From NCBI GenBank assembly GCA_965207735.1, contig OZ242296.1, positions 2,752,001-2,816,000 of the forward strand: a stretch of DNA of 64,000 nucleotides. The letters run 5' to 3'. This DNA comes from Candidatus Versatilivorator sp. (GTDB lineage Bacteria > Acidobacteriota > Terriglobia > Versatilivoradales > Versatilivoraceae). Every line of letters starts with the position of its first letter. Position 1 is the stretch's first letter. The notes under the pieces are model-generated. The model was not told the DNA's origin. It worked only from the letters and a program-made list of their open reading frames with translations, and made no database searches. Both the position numbers and the translations under genes were made by a program. Positions 33,919 to 43,168 of the stretch are shown here, one piece after another.

Positions 33919-35616
33919 CCCGCATTTCTCACCAGAGTTCGCACAGGAGCGGTAAAAGGGGCCATGGAGGCATTTGAGGCCGAGTTTAACAACGTTGGTG
34001 GCTGGATCGGTAGGCAAAGGCCAACAGCGGAGGCTTCTGAGGCTCTCCGAGGAACCTCAGGCGGCATTTTCCCTCGAAAACAGCGACACCTCTGCCATCG
34101 GGCCTGGTGGCCGCGTCTTCAAGGGCCAGGAGTGACGGTCGGGTCAGGGCACCTCAGGGCGGCAGGTGAGCCCAAGCGATGCGGAACTCCCTCTGGTAAG
34201 GACATCCGGAAGCCATGGCGACCTTGATGCGACGGACCGAGATGGTGACCTGAGCGCCGATCTTGAGCAGTTTGAGTCTGATGGAACCGACGGTGGCCCG
34301 GGCCAGGCAGGTGGATTGCAGCGCCCGCCGGCGCAAGCCCTCCACCAGCACATAGGCGAAAGAGGTCATCAGGAGCCGGAGCTGATTCGCCCGGAAGGAG
34401 TGGGTGGAGGTGCGATCGGCAAACAGGTCGAGTTGCTGCTCCTTGATGCGGTTTTCCATCTCACCGCGGGCACAGTAGATCTTCTCATAGAGGAACTGGG
34501 CGGGGTAGTCCTGGACCGACAGAGAGGTGACGACGAAGCGGGGGTTGGGGCCGCGGGGCAGGACCTCGGCTTTGGCGACCAGGCGGCGCTCGTGGGACCA
34601 GCTCTTGTGAGTGCGGTAGGAGAGGTCGGTGAAGATCCGGGCGGGCTGCTGTTGCTGGTCTGAGAGGGCCTGGGCCTGAGCCAACTCGGGGGCGATGGCG
34701 TCTTGGAGGCGGGAGTTGCGGGCCAGGCCGAAGAGATAGTCGACCTGATGCTGCTCACACCACCCCATCAGCTCCTCACGGGCAAAGCCGGAGTCGGCCC
34801 GCAGCAGGATCTTGACCTGAGGCCAGACACGCCGTAGGCGGGAGACGATGCGCTGGACCTGCTCCAGAGCGCCGGCGGAGGCATCGATGTTGGCGGGTCT
34901 GAGCAGGGCCGAGAGCAGATGGCGGCCCGAGAAGATGTAGAGGGGCAGGTAGCAGTAGCCTCGGTAGTAGCCGTGGAAGAAGCGGTCCTCTTGTTCCCCG
35001 TGGAGGGGATCGTCAGTGGCGTCGAGGTCGAGGATGATCTCATCGGGGGGTTGGGGATGGGCTTGCAGAAACAGTTTCACCAGGAGGGCTTGCAAGGCCT
35101 CGGGGTCGTGGTCAATCTTGTGGTAGCGGGTGGGGCCTTGGGTGGGGGCGTGTTCGAGTCGGTTGAGGGTGCTCTTGCCTGCCAGGGGAGGCGAGTCGCC
35201 ACGACGGCCTTTCTCTGAAAACAAGGCCATGAGGGGATCGTGACGGAGTTGGTCGTGGTCGATGAGATCCTCGTAGCCGAGGGCGATGCCACGGATGCGC
35301 TGAGCGATGAGGGTGCGCAGGCTGTATTGGGTCCGCTTGGGGTCGCGGTGATCGGTGAAACAGTCGGCCACCTGGTCGGAGAGAGATAAGCCCCGATCCA
35401 CCCGGCGCAACAGCAGGGAGCCGGCATCGGAAGTGATGGGACCGCCGTCGAAATCAGCCACCACGCGGCGGCGGCCGTGGGGTTCAAACTCCAGGGGTTT
35501 GGTGTTACACTGTGTCGGCATCGGTTCTCCTTTAAGAATCTGGTTAACTCCTTAGACAAGAGTATTTTACCAGATTCCGAGAACCGATGCTTCCTACCTC
35601 TGGTGAGAAATGCGGG
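33919..35616 (-). mobile_element. IS1380 family insertion sequence, 1,698 bp
   Basis: Perfect 19-bp IR CCCGCATTTCTCACCAGAG; TTAG duplicated at 33915-33918 and 35617-35620. Confidence 0.95.
34154..35521 (-). CDS. IS1380 family transposase
   Basis: FDGGPITSDAG, GYEDLIDH, LDLDATDDPLHG, RADSGF, RGEMENRIKE. Confidence 0.95.
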   Translation of the reverse strand: MPTQCNTKPLEFEPHGRRRVVADFDGGPITSDAGSLLLRRVDRGLSLSDQVADCFTDHRDPKRTQYSLRTLIAQRIRGIALGYEDLIDHDQLRHDPLMALFSEKGRRGDSPPLAGKSTLNRLEHAPTQGPTRYHKIDHDPEALQALLVKLFLQAHPQPPDEIILDLDATDDPLHGEQEDRFFHGYYRGYCYLPLYIFSGRHLLSALLRPANIDASAGALEQVQRIVSRLRRVWPQVKILLRADSGFAREELMGWCEQHQVDYLFGLARNSRLQDAIAPELAQAQALSDQQQQPARIFTDLSYRTHKSWSHERRLVAKAEVLPRGPNPRFVVTSLSVQDYPAQFLYEKIYCARGEMENRIKEQQLDLFADRTSTHSFRANQLRLLMTSFAYVLVEGLRRRALQSTCLARATVGSIRLKLLKIGAQVTISVRRIKVAMASGCPYQREFRIAWAHLPP

Positions 35617-37183
35617 TTAGCTGAAAGTCAGGATTAAGCGCTCCGGAGGGAGCCATCTCCAGGTAGCTTCCCCCCAGGAAGGCCGTAAGCCAACGGTAGG
35701 ACCCACCCAGGTCGAGTATCAAGACCCTGGGATGGTACTGAAGCGCCGAGACCAGCAGGAAGTTCAGAAGGAACGACTTGCCGCTTCCGGTCGCCCCGAG
35801 CACCAGCGTGTGACCCACGTCACCGGCAAAGAGGTCAAAGTGATAGGGGGTATTCCAACGGGTTTCGAGAACCGCCAGCGCCGGGCGTTGCAGGTGCCTG
35901 CTGGTCGAGAGTCCGACGGGAGGGCCGAAGACGGGAGCCAGACAGGCGGCCAGACCGGCGGAGCTGAACAGGGTGCGAACCTGACGCTTCCTGGGCTGAG
36001 CCGGCCAGCGGCAGAACCAGGCGGGCAGCTGTCCGTACCCCTCCCGGATGACTTTGGCGTCGTGGGATGAGAAGATTCGCCGCACATCGCCGTCCAGGAG
36101 TTCGATTTTCTCCAGGTCTCCGTGCAGCGCAATACAGAGCGCCATTTCGCCATAGGCAATCCCGTCGGCTTCGAGCTCTACCAGCGCTTCGCCGAGCCGC
36201 TCGGATTCGACGTCGGCGGCCGAGTCGACCATGGCCGTATCCGTTCCCTCTTTCTCCTGCATGTGAGCTGCCAGGGAGTAGCGCTTGGCGAAATAGTGCC
36301 GGCGGGCCGATCGAATTCTTTTGCGAGCCTGGTCCAACTCGAGGGGCCTCCATTCCAGGGAGGCCGTCAGAGTGGCGTCCAGGCAGTAGAGATCGTTGAG
36401 CAGATTGGCCGAGGCTTCGCCGGGAGGGGACAGCAGGGAGTAGAGAATGACCGGCTCGCCATCCAGGCGCAGATGGCGGCGTTCCGCCTCCAGTTCGGAA
36501 AGGGCCAAACGCCAATTCAGCCCGCTTCCGGTTGCCCCGTCCCAGGGGATACCGGGACGGTTGATCAACTCGCTCAACAGGCGCGATCCGGCCTCGGGAG
36601 GCAGCAGCTCAATGGGAGTGAGATCGTTCACCAGCGCCCGATGGGCTTGAACGAGCTGACGAAATCGATCGGCAGCGGTTTGAATGGAGGAATAGAGGTA
36701 GGCCGATTCAGGGGTTCTCCCCCGGCGAGCCAGCCAACTGCGGGCGTAGGACATCCAGCCGAAATCCCGATTGGCGGCAGACCTCAACTGCGGGTCATGG
36801 CACCATACCAGGAAGGTCTGCATCTCCCGGACTCGACTCGCCAGGAACAGGCGTCTCTGATGCTGGGAAAGCTTGCCGATGTCGCTGCCGAGCTGCCGGG
36901 TCTCTTTCAACCGACTGGGCCGGCGAAGGAGATAGAAGTAAAGCCGGGTACGCGGACCCACGTCGGAAAGCAACCGCTGCCAGCGGTCCAGTACCCGATC
37001 CAACTGCTCGGGCCGTCGTCCGTCGATTTCCATGGGCGCCAACCGGCCAACGGTCAGAAGCTCACCGGCGCGCGTGAGGCAGGTTTGCGCGTCCGGCAGC
37101 CACCCCCAATAGGGGATCTCTTCGGCGAGCGCTCCCGATCTGTCGTAGTCCCAGGTTTCAGCACTCATGTTCATCGAGGTCAC

Positions 37184-37477
37184 CTACCGGAGATCCAGAT
37201 ACCAGGGCGATTCGGTCCACTTGCCGGGGTCATACCGCACTTTGAACCGGGCTGCTTCCCGCAACAGGCTCAGCATATTGGGATCCTGCTTCCAGGCCAG
37301 CCGGCCGCTGGCAAGCAGCAATGCCAGGACGAAGACCGCCGCCAGAAGGGAGTCACTGGCATTCCAAAGCGCCACTGCCAGCGTGGCGCTCAAGAGAAAC
37401 CAGCGCCGTTCCACACCCAGAATCATCAGCGGCCGGCTCAACACCGGATAACCGTTCCATCGACGTTTTCCAGTCAT
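37184..37477 (-). CDS. virB3: VirB3 family protein
   Basis: LSRPLMILGVER, two TM segments, KQDP motif; directly upstream of virB4. Confidence 0.82.
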   Translation of the reverse strand: MTGKRRWNGYPVLSRPLMILGVERRWFLLSATLAVALWNASDSLLAAVFVLALLLASGRLAWKQDPNMLSLLREAARFKVRYDPGKWTESPWYLDLR

Positions 37478-37484
37478 TTCGCGG

Positions 37485-37811
37485 TCACACCCCGAACAGC
37501 CATTTCATGAAGTTGGCAGCCCCCAGTGCCATGCCCAGCCCGAAAATGGTGCCGGCCATGGCTCGCTTGGATCCGCCTTCACCGTAAGCGAACATCAGGC
37601 CTCCAACCACAATGGCGATGAGTGACAACCCCTTCGCCAACGGCCCTGTAAACGTTTTTGCCAGCTCGTCGACAGCCATGACCCACGGGCTTGTTCCGGT
37701 CCCTTGAGCCAGCAGGACACTCTCTTGAAGCAGTAGCAGCAGCGTTGGGAGCCCCCGGCGAAAAGGGGCGCAATTGGACACAACACGGCACACACCGGAG
37801 ACAGTCGGCAT
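37485..37811 (-). CDS. virB2: VirB2/TrbC pilin
   Basis: Long signal, SPW...FTGPLAKGLSLIAIVVGGLMFAYGEG; GGAGG RBS. Confidence 0.9.
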   Translation of the reverse strand: MPTVSGVCRVVSNCAPFRRGLPTLLLLLQESVLLAQGTGTSPWVMAVDELAKTFTGPLAKGLSLIAIVVGGLMFAYGEGGSKRAMAGTIFGLGMALGAANFMKWLFGV

Positions 37812-38045
37812 AACGACCTCCGCCGTTCTCTTTCGGCAAGATCTGGTTTGGAAACTGTAGATTGCTGCTCGGAGGGAGTGAGTGGAACTTACAATGACTC
37901 TCTACGGGATTGCAACCAAAATTTTCGGGCCGGCCCTTCTTTGCCTAACCCATCGTTATCAAGGCTTCCGACTTCACGTTTATCTTCAACACGTTACAAA
38001 ACAAGGAACGCGCAAGTGGCACTACAAGCGCGCTGAAGCCCGGGC

Positions 38046-39395
38046 TTACCCGGTCCCCAGGCCGGTTCCGGTCAGGCTGCCTGTGCCCAAACGACCATCG
38101 GTGATCCGGAACAGGTCCGGGAACCTGGATTTCCAGGGCCGGTTGGCGGTGGGAATGTACTGGCGGCTGTTGGCCTCGATGGCATGGACCCCGGGCAGGT
38201 GGGCGGCCAGGCCGGCGGAGTGGACCAGGGACAGTCCCGGGCAGGTGAGGTCCTGAACGCAGAGGTAGGCGCCATACTTCTGGGCGGCCGCGGCCAGCAG
38301 CAGGGACTGGGACTGTCCCTTGCAGGTCTTCAGAGCCACGCCGCTGTAGCCGACCTGGCGGGCAAGCCGCAGGGATTCCAGATCCACCAGGGCCTCGTCG
38401 GCCACCAGTGGAACCCGCCGAGCTGCCCGGTGGAGAAGGATCCTGGGAGGTCCGGCCAGATTGCGGGAGGTCGGCTGTTCGACGTACTGCAGCCGGGAGC
38501 GCACCGACGGCGCCCGCCGCTGGATCTCTCCCAGAAAGTCCATCAGGTAGTCCACGTCCTTGCAACCCTCATTGAAGTCCAGGGAATACTTCCATTCCCG
38601 GACGCCCCGCTTTTTCTGGCCGGCGCTCACCACGCGCTCGATATCCACCATCCGCTCCACGTCCAGGCGGAGGTCGGCCCCGTTCAACTTCACCTTGAAG
38701 TGGGTCAGGCCCTCGGCCGCAATCCATTCCGCCAGGGTTTGCGGCAGGCCGTCTTCCAGGGCCGGGGCGCCCTCCAGGGCATCCAGGGGGTCGGAGGCAC
38801 CCACCGAGTGGTAGAGGTGCAGGTAGGGGGCCGGGCCTCTCCGCAGGTAGCGGTCCAGCCATTCGCCCTTGAAGTCTTCTCCCAGGTAGTGGCTGAGGTC
38901 CCGTTTCATGAACTCGGGGCCGTAGGCGTGGTATGTGTTCACCCCGTTGACTTTCCCGAAGGCGTCGTGGACGGCCAGGTCGAAGGCGCTCGCCACCACC
39001 AGGGCGCAGAGCTTGGGAATGGGTTCGGCCAACCCATTCTCGGCGCTGACCCGGACGGCTGCCTCCAGGTAGAGCGGCTCCAGGCCGCGGTAAAGGTCGA
39101 TGGGATGGGCCCGTTGGGGATGCCGGCCGGTGATGGAGGCGATCCGTTCCGCCAGCACTCGCATCGCCCGTAGAGACTGATCGTGGGTGACCCGGGAGGA
39201 GGGAAAGGCCCAGGCGTTGCCCAACGGCATCGAGCCCGTCCCCCGGGCCTGCCGGCCGCTCCCGTTCCCGACCAGGACGGAGACATTCAAGAGGGTCAGA
39301 TGGGTGATGGTTCGGCCGCCGAACTGGTAAGGCATGCGCAGTCTGAAGTCCTCGAAGTCGTGACCGACCTCCAGGATGCGAATGAGGTGGTTCAT
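38046..39395 (-). CDS. Enolase superfamily (mandelate racemase/MLE-like) enzyme
   Basis: FKVKL, LDFNE, VEQP, VADE, ALKTCKG. Confidence 0.8.
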   Translation of the reverse strand: MNHLIRILEVGHDFEDFRLRMPYQFGGRTITHLTLLNVSVLVGNGSGRQARGTGSMPLGNAWAFPSSRVTHDQSLRAMRVLAERIASITGRHPQRAHPIDLYRGLEPLYLEAAVRVSAENGLAEPIPKLCALVVASAFDLAVHDAFGKVNGVNTYHAYGPEFMKRDLSHYLGEDFKGEWLDRYLRRGPAPYLHLYHSVGASDPLDALEGAPALEDGLPQTLAEWIAAEGLTHFKVKLNGADLRLDVERMVDIERVVSAGQKKRGVREWKYSLDFNEGCKDVDYLMDFLGEIQRRAPSVRSRLQYVEQPTSRNLAGPPRILLHRAARRVPLVADEALVDLESLRLARQVGYSGVALKTCKGQSQSLLLAAAAQKYGAYLCVQDLTCPGLSLVHSAGLAAHLPGVHAIEANSRQYIPTANRPWKSRFPDLFRITDGRLGTGSLTGTGLGTG

Positions 39396-39481
39396 GCCAA
39401 ATCTCCGTGTGGCCTGGGCCGTGTACCGCCAAATCGTTGGGATTTGAAGGCCACTGTTCCCGCTGTCGGACGCATGGGGCC

Positions 39482-40348
39482 TCAGGAGAGAGCCAGGTCG
39501 CGATGCAGCACCTTGGCGGCGTAGCCCTTCAGGTTCAGCATCCCGCCAATCTGGTTGGCGATGGCCACCGAACGGTGCCGGCCGCCGGTGCAGCCGAATG
39601 CGATCGTCAGGTAGCTCTTGCCCTCTATGGCGTAGTTGGGAATCAGAAACAGGAACAGATCCTCCAGGCGGCGGAGAAACTGCCGGGTCTGATCGAACGA
39701 TTGAACGTAGGCGGCCACGGCAGGATCGTTGCCGTTCTTGGACTTGAGATGGGGCACGAAGTTGGGATTGGGCAGGAAACGGACGTCGAAGACCAGGTCG
39801 GCCTCGGCGGGCAGGCCGTGCTTGAATCCGAAGCTGACCAGTGAAATGAGGAGAGCCGTGGAATCCCGCTCCTGGAATTTGTCGACGATGAATCGTCTCA
39901 GTTCGTGAACGTTGAAGGGGCTGGTGTCAATGACCTGGTCGGCCAGCTTCCTGAGGGGGGCCAGGCGGCGTCTCTCCTCGGCCAGGGCGGTGGCAATGGG
40001 CTCGTCGCCCTTGAGCGGATGCGGCCGGCGGGTCTCGCTGTAACGACGGATCAGGGAGCCGGAGGTGGCCTCCAGATAGACCAGGGTGATGGCCAGGGGC
40101 GTCTTCTTCAGGGCTTGGAAGAGATCGGGGAACCTGGCCAACTCGGCGCCCTCGCGCACGTCGATGACGATGGCGGCGCGTTTGATCTGAGCCCGGGCCT
40201 GGTTGCAGAGCTCCGCGAATTTTGGAATCAGTTCCAGGGGGAGATTGTCGACGCAGAAATACCCCATGTCCTCAAAGGCTTTCAGGACCGTGTCTTTGCC
40301 GGACCCGCTCAGACCCGTGATGATGACAAAGGGATTTCCGGGTTCCAT
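39482..40348 (-). CDS. rapZ: RNase adaptor RapZ/YvcJ
   Basis: ITGLSGSGK, FCVDNLP, RRYSETRRPHP, SFGFKHG, GCTGGRHRSV. Confidence 0.95.
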   Translation of the reverse strand: MEPGNPFVIITGLSGSGKDTVLKAFEDMGYFCVDNLPLELIPKFAELCNQARAQIKRAAIVIDVREGAELARFPDLFQALKKTPLAITLVYLEATSGSLIRRYSETRRPHPLKGDEPIATALAEERRRLAPLRKLADQVIDTSPFNVHELRRFIVDKFQERDSTALLISLVSFGFKHGLPAEADLVFDVRFLPNPNFVPHLKSKNGNDPAVAAYVQSFDQTRQFLRRLEDLFLFLIPNYAIEGKSYLTIAFGCTGGRHRSVAIANQIGGMLNLKGYAAKVLHRDLALS

Positions 40349-40373
40349 TTAGCAACCTGGTGCGATATGCGGG

Positions 40374-40910
40374 CTAGGGTTCGATCAGCCCGAAGTTGCC
40401 GTCCTTGCGTTTGTAGACGACACTGACTTTCTCGGACTCGGCGTTTCGGAAAACCAGAAAATTGCCGTCGGCGCCATTGACTTCCTGGACGGCCTCCTCG
40501 ACGGTCATGGGCTTGGCGGCGAAGGATGTCGACTTGATGACACGCGGGGCTCCCGACGGGGACCGTTTCGTAGAACTGGGGGAATTGGAGGGCAGACGGG
40601 AGGCGGGGTGGCCGGGGTGGCGCTTTCTTGTAATTTTCTTTCCCTTGTGCTTCAAGGCTTGGCGCTCGGCCTTTTCCAGAACGGCGTTGATGGAGGCGTA
40701 CATGTCGTTGGTCTCTTCAAGTCCGTTGATATCCAGGGACCTGGTGTGCAAATGGATCTCGGCGATCTGCCGGTGCTTTTGAACCGTCAGCGTCATGTGA
40801 ACGTGGATGGCTTCACCCAGAATCTTGCGGATCTTCTTGAGGTGCCCCTCGGTGAAATCCCGAAGGGCCGACGTGACTTCGATGTTTCGCCCAGTGTATG
40901 CCACCCGCAT
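40374..40910 (-). CDS. hpf: Long-form ribosome hibernation promoting factor
   Basis: TGRNIEVTSALR, DMYASI, C-terminal KPMTVEEA...VVYKRKDGNFGLIEP. Confidence 0.93.
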   Translation of the reverse strand: MRVAYTGRNIEVTSALRDFTEGHLKKIRKILGEAIHVHMTLTVQKHRQIAEIHLHTRSLDINGLEETNDMYASINAVLEKAERQALKHKGKKITRKRHPGHPASRLPSNSPSSTKRSPSGAPRVIKSTSFAAKPMTVEEAVQEVNGADGNFLVFRNAESEKVSVVYKRKDGNFGLIEP

Positions 40911-40931
40911 CGGGTCCTCCCTGGTAACCAG

Positions 40932-42440
40932 TCACTTATTTGCCTGTGCCGACTTGGGACTGGAGAGCAATTTCGTTCTGACGCGGCGCTGATGAGTGCT
41001 CAGGATCTTGAGGTCTTCGCGGTACTTGGCCACGGTTCGCCGAGTGACCATGATGCCTTCAGCGTTCAGCCTTCGCGTGATCCGCTCATCGGTCAAGGGC
41101 CTGGTCGGATCTTCTTCCTGAATGAGCCGCTTGACTCTGCGCCTGGCGGTGGTCAGCGGAATGAGGGTCCCGGCAGGTCCCTGGACTCCTTCGGAAAAGA
41201 AAAAACGCAGCTCGTAGACCCCCTGAGGAGTTTGGGCGTACTTGTCGGCCACCGCCCGGCTGACCGTCGACGGATGAACCCCCACCTCCTCGGCGACTTC
41301 CTTGATCATCATGGGCCTCAAGTGGTCGAGGCCGCGGTCCAGAAAATCGGTTTGCCGGAGCACGATGGACTCGCAGACACGAATGATGGTCCGCTTGCGC
41401 TGTTTGACGTTCCTGATGAAGCGAAGGGCCGAGGAATAGCGCTCTCTTACATATTCCAGACCTTCCTTGGAAACGCCGCCCCGGCTAATCAGTCTCCGGT
41501 AGCGTCCAGACACCCGCAACCGAGGCAGGTCGTCCTCGTTGACGGTCACCGAATAGCCGCTCTCACCCTTGACGATGAACACGTCCGGCTCGACGACTCG
41601 GGTTTCCGGCTTGTTGTAGCGCTGGCCCGGCCGTGGGTCCAGATCCTTGATGATCCCGATCTGGGACAGAACCAGCTCAAGCGGCTTGTCCAAGGCACGG
41701 GCGATTTCCGCGTAGTGCTTGTTTTGCAGCTGCTTCAAGTGATTCCTGACGATCCGAATGGCGGTGGACTGATCCCCGGGCAGGTGTTTCAACTGAATCA
41801 GCAGGCATTCCTGCACGTCTCGCGCGCCAACCCCTGCCGGATCGAAGGTATGGACCAGTTTCAGGGCTTCGCACACCTCCTCGGCGGCATGGTTGCCGGT
41901 AGCGGCAATTTCATCGAGGTCCGCCGTCAGAAACCCGTCCTGGTTGAGGTTGCCGACAATGGAAGCGGCCGCGTCGCGGACGGGCTCCGGGGCCACCGAC
42001 AAGCTCAGTTGCCACTGCAGGTGGTCGTAGAGGTCGGTCGGTGCCGCCAGAAAGTTCTCGAAGGCGGGACGCTCGGTGACCTCGCCCGACACCTGGGTAC
42101 GATAGCCGGGATCCAGGTAGTCGTCGAAAAAGCTTCCAAAATCGATCTGTTCAAAGGGATCGGCGGCATCGCCGTTCTGAGAATCGGTGATCTCGATAAT
42201 TTCCTTGTCGGCAGGGTCGGCCGCCCGCTCCTCCGCGGCCGCGCCGTCGTCGTTCGATTCCGTGATCTCGGTGACTTCCTCCAATACGGGGTTTTCCATC
42301 AACTCCTGGGAGATCATTTCGGCAAGTTCGAGCTTGTTGAGCGCCAGAACGCTGACCATCTGAACCAGGCTGGGGGTCAGCACCTGCTTCTGGGTGGGTT
42401 TGAGATTGAGCCGCTGCTCCAGGAAAGCCATGGCTGTCAT
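40932..42440 (-). CDS. rpoN: RNA polymerase sigma-54 factor
   Basis: [21 protein letters not shown], RpoN box RRTVAKYRE. Confidence 0.96.
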   Translation of the reverse strand: MTAMAFLEQRLNLKPTQKQVLTPSLVQMVSVLALNKLELAEMISQELMENPVLEEVTEITESNDDGAAAEERAADPADKEIIEITDSQNGDAADPFEQIDFGSFFDDYLDPGYRTQVSGEVTERPAFENFLAAPTDLYDHLQWQLSLSVAPEPVRDAAASIVGNLNQDGFLTADLDEIAATGNHAAEEVCEALKLVHTFDPAGVGARDVQECLLIQLKHLPGDQSTAIRIVRNHLKQLQNKHYAEIARALDKPLELVLSQIGIIKDLDPRPGQRYNKPETRVVEPDVFIVKGESGYSVTVNEDDLPRLRVSGRYRRLISRGGVSKEGLEYVRERYSSALRFIRNVKQRKRTIIRVCESIVLRQTDFLDRGLDHLRPMMIKEVAEEVGVHPSTVSRAVADKYAQTPQGVYELRFFFSEGVQGPAGTLIPLTTARRRVKRLIQEEDPTRPLTDERITRRLNAEGIMVTRRTVAKYREDLKILSTHQRRVRTKLLSSPKSAQANK

Positions 42441-43162
42441 TCCAAGCGAAAGTTTTCTCCGAGGTACAATCGCTTCACCTCTTGATTCCGGGCCAGCTCT
42501 CGGGGAGTCCCTGCCTGCAGGATCTTTCCGTCATTGATGATGTAGGCGCGATCCGTCACCTTGAGGATTTCCCGGACGTTGTGGTCGGTTATCAGGACGC
42601 CGATGCCTTTGGCGCGGAGCCGGTTGACGATGCGCTGAATGTCCAGCACCGCAATGGGATCGATTCCGGCAAAGGGCTCGTCCAACAGAATGAACGAGGG
42701 AGAGATGACCAGCGAACGCGCGATCTCGACTCTCCTTCTCTCGCCACCCGAAAGCGCATCCCCGAGGTTCTTGCGCACATGGCTCAATCCCAGCTCTTCA
42801 ATCAGCTCATCCAGCCGTTTCCGCCTTTGAGTCCTGGTGTAGGGAAGCGTTTCCAGGATGGCCAGGATGTTGTCGTCGACCGACAACCTGCGGAAGACGG
42901 AGGGTTCCTGCGGTAGATAGCTGATGCCGTTTCGGGCCCTGAGGTACATGGGCAGATCGGTGATCTCTCTGCCATCCAGGAATACCTGTCCCCGGTCGGC
43001 AGAAGTCAGTCCCACCAGGATATAGAAGGTGGTTGTCTTTCCGGCTCCATTGGGTCCCAGGAGCCCGACAACCTCTCCCTGACCAATCCTGAGCGTGACG
43101 TCGTTCACAACCCGTCTGCCCTTGTAGGACTTGACCAGGTTGGCCGCTTTCAAGACTTGCAT
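42437..43162 (-). CDS. lptB: LPS export ABC ATPase
   Basis: [49 protein letters not shown]. Confidence 0.95.
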   Translation of the reverse strand: MQVLKAANLVKSYKGRRVVNDVTLRIGQGEVVGLLGPNGAGKTTTFYILVGLTSADRGQVFLDGREITDLPMYLRARNGISYLPQEPSVFRRLSVDDNILAILETLPYTRTQRRKRLDELIEELGLSHVRKNLGDALSGGERRRVEIARSLVISPSFILLDEPFAGIDPIAVLDIQRIVNRLRAKGIGVLITDHNVREILKVTDRAYIINDGKILQAGTPRELARNQEVKRLYLGENFRLE

Positions 43163-43168
43163 CCTGGT

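Larger units (their letters stand above)
33052..37183 (-). pseudogene. virB4: VirB4/TrbE ATPase interrupted by IS1380 (pieces 35617..37183 and 33052..33918)
   Basis: GHTLVLGATGSGKS, DLGGSY, VVDEAWRYL, WRKRNA, ATQS; removing the IS and one TTAG restores LNPDFQLRPFSLP in frame. Confidence 0.93.

Noticed and set aside
14322-38045. att-type direct repeats bounding the T4SS/adhesin island
   Set aside because: Compared both flanks by eye; found no convincing repeat, tRNA or integrase
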